Both the position numbers and the translations under genes were made by a program. A stretch of 24,000 nt of DNA, taken from sequence record MG250483.1; one strand, 5' to 3'. The notes under the pieces were generated by a model that was not told the DNA's origin, did no database searches, and saw nothing but the letters and a program-made list of their open reading frames with translations. The DNA comes from Aeromonas phage Ah1. Positions 7,995-16,987 of this stretch are shown here, piece after piece (position 1 is the first letter of the stretch; each line of letters starts with the position of its first letter).

Positions 7995-9010
7995 TTAGAT
8001 AGCCTTAGTTTTGCGGAAAGACCGGACACTATATTTGACTTCAAATAATCATGTATATCGTCAACGGAAACCCCCGCCTTTACCATATCATTTAGGTCTT
8101 TTTCATTTCTACCAAAATGATCCCATAATACCACTTTCTCGCCAGCGTCGATAAGCTTCTCCAAACGCTCTACCGTCTCTTTCGATCTCGGCTCGTTGTC
8201 TAGCACCCATACGCGCTTGCTCTTGAATGGAGCGTCGTTTAGATGCATGGAGCCACCGACGATAGCTAGAGAGTTTGGAATAAAAACACTGTCAATCGGA
8301 CCTTCAAAGTAAAAGACAGTTTTACTGCCGTCAACACGTTCAAGTCCATAAATTTTATTAGCTTGATCATCGGGCTTAACAGTCAGATATCGTTGATTCT
8401 TGTCAACATTACCCAATGCGCGTCCCTGAATACAGCTAACAGTTCCGTCTTGATTGTGAATAGGAATAACAAGTCGGTATTCACGATCAACGACCTTATA
8501 CGTCTCTGGCTTAATGTGATTGCTCAGAGCTTTCCAGTTGTCGGTGAAATAAAACAGTTTCAGTTTATCTTTCGGTATACAGCGATCAAGCATGTATCGA
8601 ACGACTGGATGATCTTCTCTCAGTTCGGATAGATTAACACAAAAAGGGAGATCAGAAACAACTTTTTTCTCTTTTTTCTCAAGTTTTGAACCAAGATTTA
8701 GATTGACTTCCTGGCGCTTTGGACGCTCGTTATCTTTGTACTTCTCTTTGATGTACTCACGGTATAATTCTTCGTGATACATCTGGAGATAGAGCGAAAA
8801 CGGCAACTGTTTGCCACAGTTGAAACAACCGTACCAAACTTGACCGTCTCGCTCATAAAACCAGCCACGCGATTTATACTTGTCTTTCTGCGAGTCGCCA
8901 CAAATGTGACAACGGAAGTTGTACTTGATTTCGTGTGCTCGACTGTGATCGGAAAACATCGGCAACACAAACGCGATCTGGTGTGCCATATGACGTTGTA
9001 GATAAAGCAT
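7973..9010 (-). CDS. 61: DNA primase (gp61-like)
   Basis: N-terminal zinc ribbon CHICGDSQKDK...CFNCGK; TOPRIM-like VFYFEGPIDSVF, VWVLDNEPRSKE, VVLWDHFGRNEKDLNDM. Start set to the ATG at 9010 (preceded by GGAG) rather than TTG at 9025. Confidence 0.85.
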   Translation of the reverse strand: MLYLQRHMAHQIAFVLPMFSDHSRAHEIKYNFRCHICGDSQKDKYKSRGWFYERDGQVWYGCFNCGKQLPFSLYLQMYHEELYREYIKEKYKDNERPKRQEVNLNLGSKLEKKEKKVVSDLPFCVNLSELREDHPVVRYMLDRCIPKDKLKLFYFTDNWKALSNHIKPETYKVVDREYRLVIPIHNQDGTVSCIQGRALGNVDKNQRYLTVKPDDQANKIYGLERVDGSKTVFYFEGPIDSVFIPNSLAIVGGSMHLNDAPFKSKRVWVLDNEPRSKETVERLEKLIDAGEKVVLWDHFGRNEKDLNDMVKAGVSVDDIHDYLKSNIVSGLSAKLRLSKWRKSST

Positions 9011-9026
9011 AGTTTCTCCAAACAAA

Positions 9027-9048
9027 AATGCCCCAATTAAGGGGCATT
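9027..9048 (-). terminator. Rho-independent terminator between the 155-aa ORF and primase
   Basis: Perfect 8-bp stem AATGCCCC-TTAATT-GGGGCATT followed by TTTG on the minus strand. Confidence 0.75.
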
Positions 9049-9051
9049 GTA

Positions 9052-9519
9052 TCAGCTTTTCTTTTTCTTATCAATCTTTTTCGTCTGTCCAGCGCCCATA
9101 TCTGTAACAGAACCACTTTTCTCGCCAGTTGCGATCTTAGTAGCATCGCCACCACAATCACCGGAGACCATTTCGATCAGCTTGTGCAAATCGCTATCTT
9201 CTTCACACTCAACTAGCGGCATCCGAGATAGATCCGGCTCGCCATATTCTTTGATAACGGCGTTCCACCCCATCTTCACTGCCAATGCAGTCGTCCCAAA
9301 CCCACCACTAAATCGCTGAATTGTCTGTTTCAGACTTCTTACCATGCTATGAAACTTGGTATAATGCGATTTTTCTCTGGGAGTCTCAGGACGTCGCAAC
9401 ACGTTGCCTTGATCGTCAATGATACCTAGCTTATGCGCTTCCCACTTAGAGAAAGATTTCCCTAATAGAGTAGCTAAACGGTATGCGTAAACCGCATCCA
9501 TAATCGTCTTTGCACTCAT
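9052..9519 (-). CDS. Hypothetical protein
   Basis: 155 aa; ATG preceded by GGAGG; MDAVYAYRLATLLGKSFSKWEAHKLGII...; no family recognised. Confidence 0.65.
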   Translation of the reverse strand: MSAKTIMDAVYAYRLATLLGKSFSKWEAHKLGIIDDQGNVLRRPETPREKSHYTKFHSMVRSLKQTIQRFSGGFGTTALAVKMGWNAVIKEYGEPDLSRMPLVECEEDSDLHKLIEMVSGDCGGDATKIATGEKSGSVTDMGAGQTKKIDKKKKS

Positions 9520-9543
9520 AACACCTCCAAACTCTTATTTATG

Positions 9544-9562
9544 AAAAGGGGATTAAATCCCC
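9544..9562 (-). terminator. Rho-independent terminator overlapping the helicase stop codon
   Basis: Minus strand GGGGAT-TTA-ATCCCC-TTTTC; the TAA stop of the helicase (9553-9555) lies at the apex. Confidence 0.7.
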
Positions 9563-11067
9563 CAATCAACCGCGTCGCTTGCATCATTCATCGCAGCAAG
9601 TTGTTCCATTTTATTCCGAGTGCTCATATCTTTGGCTTTCGCAACATTTTCCTTGTGTGTCGCTTGCATACGATCATTTGCATCATTCAGATTACCACCA
9701 AAATTACCTTCCGGCTCGGACCAACGCTGCTTGCTCTTGTCAACACAAAGATTGAAGCGTGAAAACTTGTTCTTATCGCCATAACGGGACTTGATCTGCT
9801 TCATCAATTGTTGGCCGATTTCGGCTAGTTCGTCTGTTTCCATAGCAGCAAGAATAAAGTCAGCAGTAGCAGCAAGACCAGCAGATTCAGCAATGTCTGA
9901 CATACTGATATCAGAACTATCCCAGCCACCACGAGTAGTTTGAGCAGCGGACCACACAACAACGTTATGCTCCACAGCAAAGCCACGCAGTTCCTCAGCG
10001 ATTGCTTTAACAAGCGTATAGCTATTCTCGGAATAAGCAGTCATACGCTTAGAGCACATGATACCGAGATAATCCACGATAACGATATCTGGCTTGAAAC
10101 CTTTCTTGATCTGCAAATCTGCCATCAAGTTGTTCAAGTGGTTGACGTTAGCCGCACCGGTTGGGAATTGCTTGACAACAAGCTTACCGCAGTTTTTCTG
10201 TTTCAGTGCGCCGAATCGACGCATAAAATCAGACTCAGAGATCAAGCCATCATCGATATCATCCAAGCTAACATCAAGCAAGTTGGCATCGATACGTTTA
10301 CCGCATACTTCTTCGCCCATTTCCATGGACACGTAAAGTACGTTATAACCCTGTAACAAATACTCACAAGCCAAGTGACACAGACCCAGAGACTTACCGA
10401 CGTTAACACCAGCAAGAATCAAGTTCAGTGTTTTACGCTCAACACCGCCTTTGGTGATTGTATTCAGAATGCGAGTTGTAAACGGAATCTTTTTAGCTTT
10501 CATCCGATAACTTTGGAATCGCGATTCAACATCATCAAAGTAATCGTGGCCGATTGCAATATTAAACGCAACAGCAAGAGCGTTTTTCATCAAATCGGGA
10601 ATAGCACCGATGTCGGCAATTCGTTTATCTCGTTCATCAAGAGGTTTAGCGTGATTCTCTTGAATTCGAATTGCTTCCGACAAAGCATTGTGCATCGCTC
10701 TTTCTTGACAATACTTCTCGGTTTCAGAAAGCAGCCAAGCGAGATCTTCCGGTACTCCAGTGAGTTCAGCGATACCAGCATATGCTTCGTCAAACTCAAC
10801 TTGCGCGATACCGGTTCGTTTCTCCAGTGCAATCACCAGCGCGTTATGAGTCGGAATAGTCTTGTATTCGTTGTAATGCTTTTGAATCAATTCGAAAATG
10901 ATTCGAATCGGTCCTCTCGGAAAATATTCCGATTTTAAGAACGGGAAGACTTGACGAAAGTATTCCTCAGAAACAAGGAGATTCGTGAGATAGATTGTTC
11001 GATTGACATTCACTACCTTCTTTGATTTGCGCTTGTATAGCGGCTTGAACATGTTTGAATAATTCAT
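9553..11067 (-). CDS. 41: Replicative DNA helicase (gp41-like, DnaB family)
   Basis: LILAGVNVGKSLGLCHLA (Walker A), VLYVSMEMGEEVCGKRIDANLLDVSLDDIDDG, PDIVIVDYLGIM, AESAGLAATADFILA, strongly T4 gp41-like. The start is uncertain (ATG 11067 or GTG 11013). Confidence 0.93.
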   Translation of the reverse strand: MNYSNMFKPLYKRKSKKVVNVNRTIYLTNLLVSEEYFRQVFPFLKSEYFPRGPIRIIFELIQKHYNEYKTIPTHNALVIALEKRTGIAQVEFDEAYAGIAELTGVPEDLAWLLSETEKYCQERAMHNALSEAIRIQENHAKPLDERDKRIADIGAIPDLMKNALAVAFNIAIGHDYFDDVESRFQSYRMKAKKIPFTTRILNTITKGGVERKTLNLILAGVNVGKSLGLCHLACEYLLQGYNVLYVSMEMGEEVCGKRIDANLLDVSLDDIDDGLISESDFMRRFGALKQKNCGKLVVKQFPTGAANVNHLNNLMADLQIKKGFKPDIVIVDYLGIMCSKRMTAYSENSYTLVKAIAEELRGFAVEHNVVVWSAAQTTRGGWDSSDISMSDIAESAGLAATADFILAAMETDELAEIGQQLMKQIKSRYGDKNKFSRFNLCVDKSKQRWSEPEGNFGGNLNDANDRMQATHKENVAKAKDMSTRNKMEQLAAMNDASDAVDWGI

Positions 11068-11251
11068 CTTTCATTATCTCTTCTTCACTATGGGGAGTGG
11101 ACCAGTCGATATGAACTTGTCCGTTAATATACGTTAGATCGTGAATATACACGATGAACGGATTGCCGTCAACAAGAATAACAAGCTCTTGCTTAACTGC
11201 TTTTAATGCGTCTTCTAGTACGTCTCGATAATTTCTTTCTTGGGCTTCCAT
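10967..11251 (-). CDS. Hypothetical protein
   Basis: 94 aa; ATG preceded by GGAG with good spacing; overlaps the helicase ORF at one end and the 241-aa ORF at the other. Confidence 0.5.
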   Translation of the reverse strand: MEAQERNYRDVLEDALKAVKQELVILVDGNPFIVYIHDLTYINGQVHIDWSTPHSEEEIMKDELFKHVQAAIQAQIKEGSECQSNNLSHESPCF

Positions 11252-11940
11252 TGGTGTCTCCGTTTGCTCTGATATTTCCAGCTCTTTTCAACAGATCGAC
11301 CTGCATTGTCCCACCAACGCTCTCGATGCATGAAAGCATCAACGAGACTGTTACGGCGAATCTGAGGAACATGAACATCGCACCACGGCTCAAGACACTG
11401 ACCATAGATACCGTCGTCGTAATACTCCATATCCAGCTCTCGCTCATAATCACTACAGCTGGTATCTTGTTTGCGCTTTGACTCGATATAGGCAAACATT
11501 TTACCGAAAATGTGACGATTGCGGCTACCATAAGCATGTTTACGAGCGCCACGATCATTCCACTGACGAGTCTTTGGCTTAACTTGTTTGTCGTATTCAC
11601 GCAAGATCAGAACAGGGTCAATCACTCTGTCCATGTCACCGAGAATGATACCAGCGCATGTAGAAAACCCTTTGAAAATATCAAACCAGCTTTCTCGTCC
11701 AGCAAAATTTTCTTTACGATACACAAGCCCAGTCAAACGATATCCGTCGTGAACGTGAAATCCGTTTTTATCGATGCCATCGCGAATCTCGTGGTAAAAC
11801 TTGGAGTAAGTACCAACGTGCAAATGAGTCCCGAATTTCCACAGTCGATTTGTGGACTTAACGAGATCGATAAGCTTGCCGTCTCTACGCTCACCGTTTG
11901 CAAACACAGCGGTGTGAACTTTTTGCAGATCGATTTTCAT
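11215..11940 (-). CDS. Hypothetical protein
   Basis: 241 aa; AAGGAG SD before ATG; no recognised domain. Confidence 0.65.
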   Translation of the reverse strand: MKIDLQKVHTAVFANGERRDGKLIDLVKSTNRLWKFGTHLHVGTYSKFYHEIRDGIDKNGFHVHDGYRLTGLVYRKENFAGRESWFDIFKGFSTCAGIILGDMDRVIDPVLILREYDKQVKPKTRQWNDRGARKHAYGSRNRHIFGKMFAYIESKRKQDTSCSDYERELDMEYYDDGIYGQCLEPWCDVHVPQIRRNSLVDAFMHRERWWDNAGRSVEKSWKYQSKRRHQWKPKKEIIETY

Positions 11941-11997
11941 AATCTCTCCTTGATAAGATAGTACCAGATTATCAGAGTCTTACATAAAAGTAAATGG

Positions 11998-12753
11998 TTA
12001 AACGTATTTGACTTCTCCTCTTCTTCTCATTTCTTTCCATCGTCTATTTTTTATTTGGAATTTATCTCTAAGCTCCTTTACAGTATCATACATGATTCCG
12101 TTGTATTCAACCTTTCGAGACGAACCGTTCTTAGCTCCTAGTTTGGATTCGGATCTTCTTTTGCTATCGAATTTGACTTGCATGTTTTTACATCTAATAA
12201 GTCGTTTCTCTTTGGGCTCATTCATTCGTGCCGTTCTGGATTTTTCGGACTTGTTTGACTTGATTCTTTCGTTGTATTGCTCTGAAAGATTATTGGATTT
12301 TACATACCAGTCTATGCTTCTTCCGGCGGCACGGAATCCTAGGATGTCGGACGTTTTGGACTTTGATCCACAAACTAGAAATGTTTCCCAACAGTGCTTT
12401 GCCATTTCATCATAGGATTTATAATCTCTTTTCTTTGCCCATGCTTCCTTTATGTTGTCACTTTGGAGCAGTGAGACGTTTTTTCTTATCTCAGCAAATC
12501 TTTTATTTCCTTTATTCTTTGCTGCCCGTGTCATTATGTTTGCTGCAAACCAAAGTTCCCTAATGCCATATATCCTAGCAAGTAATAGATGCGCTATGTA
12601 GTGTTGTTCTGGTCGCATTTCAACTAGATTATCAGGATTGTCTAACCCTCCTATACATTTTGGAATAATATGATGCGTCTCAGTGTAAACACCCGCATTG
12701 TTTTGTGATTTGCACTTTTCTATTAGTTTATCATAAATGTTTTTGTAATTCAT
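11998..12753 (-). CDS. HNH homing endonuclease (free-standing)
   Basis: 251 aa; YTETHHIIPKCIGGLDNPDNLVEMRPEQHYIAHLLLARIY (HNH signature) plus a basic C-terminal region; A/T-rich third positions compared with neighbours. Confidence 0.85.
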   Translation of the reverse strand: MNYKNIYDKLIEKCKSQNNAGVYTETHHIIPKCIGGLDNPDNLVEMRPEQHYIAHLLLARIYGIRELWFAANIMTRAAKNKGNKRFAEIRKNVSLLQSDNIKEAWAKKRDYKSYDEMAKHCWETFLVCGSKSKTSDILGFRAAGRSIDWYVKSNNLSEQYNERIKSNKSEKSRTARMNEPKEKRLIRCKNMQVKFDSKRRSESKLGAKNGSSRKVEYNGIMYDTVKELRDKFQIKNRRWKEMRRRGEVKYV

Positions 12754-12760
12754 AAAATAA

Positions 12761-12779
12761 AAGAGGCTTTCGCCCTCTT
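12761..12779 (-). terminator. Rho-independent terminator downstream of uvsX
   Basis: Minus strand AAGAGG-GCGAAAG-CCTCTT followed by TTATTTT; starts 2 nt after the uvsX TAA. Confidence 0.75.
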
Positions 12780-12781
12780 CC

Positions 12782-14008
12782 TTAATCTAAGTTATCAAAT
12801 AAACTATCCGCTTCTTCGGAATCCAGATCGATGTTTTCCAGATTTTCCAATTCATTTCCTTTTTCGGAAATTTTTCTACTAAGTTCAACTGGAAGTTCTG
12901 CCTTTCCGTCAAACAAGTCATCGATTTCTGCCATAGTTTCGTCATCGACTGTTGCCGCTTTTAGTTTGAAATGATCGGCAAATGCTTCTTTAAAAGGAGC
13001 ATGGCTGAACATAGGCTTCCAAAATTCGGAACAATCGGTATCAGCCCTTCTCCATTTTTTATCTTCTGTTACCAGCTCTCCCGTTTCTTTGTCCAAGAAC
13101 GCTCGACTGAACCAGCCATTTGACGGTTTGACAATAAAGCCGATATCAAGACCAACGTCAAGTAGGCCAGAATAGGTATTAATACCACCTTCAAACGTAA
13201 CGTTCACAGGAAGTTTGGATTTCTCTTTGATGAATCGGGACTTCTCAATGTTGATGATGAAGTTATAACCAAGCAACTCTGTTCCGTCTTTCTCTTGCTG
13301 CCGACCGATAATGAACACGGTATTAGCGGAATACATCGGACCGGTACCGCCGCTCATGATTGTTTTGCTGTAGGTCTCTTGGGTTTCGTATGTGTGGTTA
13401 ATTACAACCATAGGGATACCGATAGTGGTAAGATATGGAGTAATCATACGGAAACAACTCTTGATTTGTTTGGCTCGGCTCATGTCTTGTGCAGATTTCA
13501 AATCAATAGCATCTTGCAATTCTTTCTTGGACGCAACGTTACCAATCGAGTCAACAAAACAGATTACTTTATCACCTCGTTCCAGTGATTCCAAGTGTTG
13601 AATCGCTTCGAACTTCAATTCTTCGACGTCTTTGAACGGAATGTGTTTGACTCTGGAAGGGTCTACGCCAGCAGATTTAAAATAACCAGGGGTAGAGCCG
13701 AATTCGTTGTCAAAGAATAAACACACCGCATCTGGGTGTTTACGCAGATACGCAGATACCAGAACTAATCCGATGTTTGATTTAAAGTGCTTGGACGGGC
13801 CAGCAACTGCGGTGATACCAGGAGTAAGGCCACCATCCAGTTCTCCGCTAAGAGCAACGTTTAGAATTGGAACACGAGTTCTTACCATGTCACTAGCACC
13901 AAAGAAATCACTTTCCGATAGGACAGCAGCGTTTTTTGTAACACCAACTCCCATCATTCGGGCCATCATGCTAGTTTTTGGTGATGCAGTTTTAATACCT
14001 TTAGCCAT
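12782..14008 (-). CDS. uvsX: UvsX-like RecA-family recombinase
   Basis: ITAVAGPSKHFKSNIGL (Walker A-like), VCLFFDNEFGSTP, VICFVDSIGNVASKKE, GIPMVVINHTYETQETYSKTIMSGGTGPMYSANTVFIIGR, typical of T4 UvsX. Confidence 0.93.
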   Translation of the reverse strand: MAKGIKTASPKTSMMARMMGVGVTKNAAVLSESDFFGASDMVRTRVPILNVALSGELDGGLTPGITAVAGPSKHFKSNIGLVLVSAYLRKHPDAVCLFFDNEFGSTPGYFKSAGVDPSRVKHIPFKDVEELKFEAIQHLESLERGDKVICFVDSIGNVASKKELQDAIDLKSAQDMSRAKQIKSCFRMITPYLTTIGIPMVVINHTYETQETYSKTIMSGGTGPMYSANTVFIIGRQQEKDGTELLGYNFIINIEKSRFIKEKSKLPVNVTFEGGINTYSGLLDVGLDIGFIVKPSNGWFSRAFLDKETGELVTEDKKWRRADTDCSEFWKPMFSHAPFKEAFADHFKLKAATVDDETMAEIDDLFDGKAELPVELSRKISEKGNELENLENIDLDSEEADSLFDNLD

Positions 14009-14083
14009 TTTACAGTTTTGCCTCTATTTACAGTTTTAGTTTCGATTTCATAATCTCCATAAAGTAGTCTTCAATGTAGGGCT

Positions 14084-14092
14084 ATTATCTCA
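14084..14092 (-). promoter_or_regulatory. Candidate extended -10 promoter for uvsX
   Basis: Minus strand TGAGATAAT (TGn + GATAAT); no good -35 seen; embedded in the 7-bp inverted repeat 14079-14098. Confidence 0.35.
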
Positions 14093-14113
14093 TAGCCCCG
14101 AATGTTTATAAAC

Positions 14114-16873
14114 TTACATATCACCGAAAAGATCGGAAAGACTAGATACTTTCTCGGTTTCCCAGCCAATCGCATTACAGATATTTTCGAGTGGCTTCAG
14201 GTAATGTTTTTGATACATGCCCATGAAATCGAGATATTTAGACAAATCAAGATCGAATTCATCTGGAATCTTGTCACCGCTAGGGAAAGCAAGTACCGGC
14301 GAATGAATATGATTCGGCTCTTTCAGCATCACGATCTGGATCTTCTCGCCACTTCGAATCATGTCAAGATTTCGCTGCTCTGCTACTTTGTTGTAAGCGA
14401 GTGCTCCCTTGATGTGCCCTGGACAACCTTTAACTGGTACCCAGTTGTTGTGATTCTTTTCGATGTTGTTTGCACTCGATACTGCCGCAATCTCTCGATA
14501 ATCGCGCTTGGGATACTCGGCCTTGACTTCCTTAACGTAGTCTTGCATTGCCTTCTCACCCTTAGTCAGGATCAGCTTGATACTCTTCTCCAGCGATTTA
14601 CCAGCGAATACCGGTGTGCTAGAACGTTGAGTTTCAATACCCATGATCTTCAACTTCGGAACAACGTTACCGTGTTCGTCAAGCTTGCGCTTACCTTCTG
14701 AGTCCCACACGTTAGCAGCATAACGCTTTTTCGCAGTCCAGAAAGCAGTATCAGCGATGATTTCTCGGTCCATGAACAGCTTGTGATCATAACACTGGAC
14801 ATATTCCGCGAGTTCGCGATAGCTTTGATCGATATACGGCTCGCATTTCTCTTTGGCGAACTTCGCAAGAAAATCTACCCAACGAATAGTTTCAATGTCG
14901 CCGACTTGAATACCCTTCTTCGCTGCCATGAGATTAACGAACTTTTCAAACGTCAAATAAATGGAGTCAGTATCGCCGTAAACGACATAATCGACGTCTT
15001 TGGTCTGACACAGCGCATTCATGTATTCATTCATCTTCCGCATGATCCAACGAATCGCAAATTGACCACTCATGGTAATCGCTTCGGCGTTTCGAACGTC
15101 ATAATAACGGAAGTGTTCGTTGCCCAATGCACCATAAAGTGAGTTGATAAGTACCTTACGTGCTTGTTGGTTAACGTTTTCGAGTTTCTCCATGAATCGG
15201 CAGTAATCAACGATGCCATGTAGAGATTCGTTGTTGAACGTTTTCAGATTCGCGACGAAATTATCAAACGCTTCTCCCTTAATAGAGAGATCAATGCCGT
15301 GTGCGTCGAACTCAATATTGGTATCTGCGATATTATTATCTTTGCGATCAACGATTGTATCCCAAGCGATTGTCGCAATCTTATCCGCCGTAAACTCTGC
15401 ATTCTTTGCGGCTTTACGTTGCAAGAACACTTTTTCGATTTCAGTCGGGATAATACCGCGTTTCTTTCTGGTGTAACGCATCCCGTTAGCAGCGAACGAC
15501 AGATCATCATTCGGAACTTGGAATTTCTTGTCAACAAGTCCCATGCCAACGATATCTGGCACCATACGGTCTTTCACGAAAATGCGAGGAACATCATAGC
15601 AATCAACAATCGTCTCTGGACTAATGTTCCAGCCCATGATCAAGTGTGGATACAGGGATGTTAAGTCGAAACTCAGAATCCAGCGATAAAACGCCGTAAC
15701 TGGGTCTTTAACAAACGCTCCCGCATACTTGACTTTAGAAGTACGTTTGTTTTCTGGCACAACAATTCCCTGTTCAATCAGACTGTTATGAATGATCGCG
15801 TCCCAAGTCTTCAAGGGACTAAAGGTGTTGTTATAGTTGATCTTTGCGTAATAACTTACACTTGTAATCAGAGCCATCAACGACAAACGAGCATCTAGTT
15901 TAACCAACAAATCAACGTCTCGGATAAGATAGTCGATATATCTCTGTGGGTTTTTCTGACTGAATGCCAAGTATGTTTTCTCGGTAAGCTCCAGCTTTTT
16001 CATGCCGAGTTCAACTTGACCGATGTAATCTAACTTGTAAGTCGGACGAGTCTTAAACGTGAATTTCTTGTAAGCTGCCATATAATCAAGACAAGCAATG
16101 CCAAGCAATTCATACGTCACGATCTCTTCGGCTTCTTCACCTTCGTCGTCGTCTTTGAAAACGGTACGCTCGATGATTTGTTCCCAAGGACTAAGCTTGT
16201 TCGCGTATACATCACCGAGGACTTTACGATACCGGTTTACGATATAACGCAAGTCGAACATTTCAGAGTTCCAACCGGAGAAAACATCCGGGGTGTTATC
16301 TCTAAAGAACTTGAGATACCGAATCAAAAGCTCGCGCTCAGACTCACAGAACACGTAATCCACACGATCTAAGATATCAACAACGTTACCCTTGTCGTCT
16401 TTATCAAGAATCGATTTTGCCTTGTCCCACGGACGGGTAGTAAACAGTGAATACCGTTTGCGTTTTGTGCTGTAGTGACAGATGCCGTCGATTTCCCAGT
16501 CACAGATATGGGGTTCAGGGAATGGTCCGTCAGTTGGGACCTCGATATCCACAAACGCAATATCAATTTGCTCATACTTGAACGAAACTGGACCGCTATA
16601 GGTGTGATACAGATATTGGAGAACAAAATCGTCCATGCCAAGTGGCTCGCGATTAATGTCTCTCATATCTTTCATCCAGCGTCTGGCATCGCCAATGCTA
16701 TCGAACTCAACTGCCGTCGCTGGCTTTCCGTAAATGTCTTTCAACTCTCCGTTATTGCTATGCTTGTACAGCGTTGGGCCAAAGTTAACTTTTCGACTTC
16801 GACTGATACCGTTATCATCGACATAACGTTCCAGAACAGTATTGCCTTGAATACATACGTTGGTATAAAACAA
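14114..16873 (-). CDS. 43: DNA polymerase (gp43-like, family B)
   Basis: FVDIEVPTDGPFPEPH (Exo I), FSGWNSEMFDLRYI (Exo II), LSFDLTSLYPHLIMGWNISPET (Pol motif A), KVLINSLYGALGNEHFRY (motif B), YVVYGDTDSIYL (motif C). FYTNV...N at the extreme N terminus requires a TTG start. Confidence 0.95.
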   Translation of the reverse strand: MFYTNVCIQGNTVLERYVDDNGISRSRKVNFGPTLYKHSNNGELKDIYGKPATAVEFDSIGDARRWMKDMRDINREPLGMDDFVLQYLYHTYSGPVSFKYEQIDIAFVDIEVPTDGPFPEPHICDWEIDGICHYSTKRKRYSLFTTRPWDKAKSILDKDDKGNVVDILDRVDYVFCESERELLIRYLKFFRDNTPDVFSGWNSEMFDLRYIVNRYRKVLGDVYANKLSPWEQIIERTVFKDDDEGEEAEEIVTYELLGIACLDYMAAYKKFTFKTRPTYKLDYIGQVELGMKKLELTEKTYLAFSQKNPQRYIDYLIRDVDLLVKLDARLSLMALITSVSYYAKINYNNTFSPLKTWDAIIHNSLIEQGIVVPENKRTSKVKYAGAFVKDPVTAFYRWILSFDLTSLYPHLIMGWNISPETIVDCYDVPRIFVKDRMVPDIVGMGLVDKKFQVPNDDLSFAANGMRYTRKKRGIIPTEIEKVFLQRKAAKNAEFTADKIATIAWDTIVDRKDNNIADTNIEFDAHGIDLSIKGEAFDNFVANLKTFNNESLHGIVDYCRFMEKLENVNQQARKVLINSLYGALGNEHFRYYDVRNAEAITMSGQFAIRWIMRKMNEYMNALCQTKDVDYVVYGDTDSIYLTFEKFVNLMAAKKGIQVGDIETIRWVDFLAKFAKEKCEPYIDQSYRELAEYVQCYDHKLFMDREIIADTAFWTAKKRYAANVWDSEGKRKLDEHGNVVPKLKIMGIETQRSSTPVFAGKSLEKSIKLILTKGEKAMQDYVKEVKAEYPKRDYREIAAVSSANNIEKNHNNWVPVKGCPGHIKGALAYNKVAEQRNLDMIRSGEKIQIVMLKEPNHIHSPVLAFPSGDKIPDEFDLDLSKYLDFMGMYQKHYLKPLENICNAIGWETEKVSSLSDLFGDM

Positions 16874-16958
16874 AATTACTACCTCTTGTCAGTGCGCCTT
16901 TCATGGGTCGCATCTTAGGTGAAACATTCATAATAAACCTCTCACAAAATGAAAGTTG

Positions 16959-16987
16959 ATTATAAATGCGCTCTTGATTGTTGTCAA
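16959..16987 (-). promoter_or_regulatory. Perfect-consensus sigma70-type promoter for gene 43
   Basis: Minus strand TTGACA (16982-16987), 17-nt spacer, TATAAT (16959-16964). Confidence 0.8.

Noticed and set aside
7973-9025. Track start of primase at 9025 (TTG)
   Set aside because: ATG at 9010 has a perfect GGAG SD; the 5 extra codons lie within the leader.
9535-9545. T4-type late promoter (CATAAATA versus TATAAATA) upstream of the 155-aa ORF
   Set aside because: One mismatch in an A/T-rich stretch, single occurrence noticed, and no evidence that this phage uses that late motif.
14114-16873. Possible intron or intein in DNA polymerase, helicase or UvsX
   Set aside because: All conserved motifs are present in order in uninterrupted frames with no inserted domain; lengths are near the T4 counterparts.
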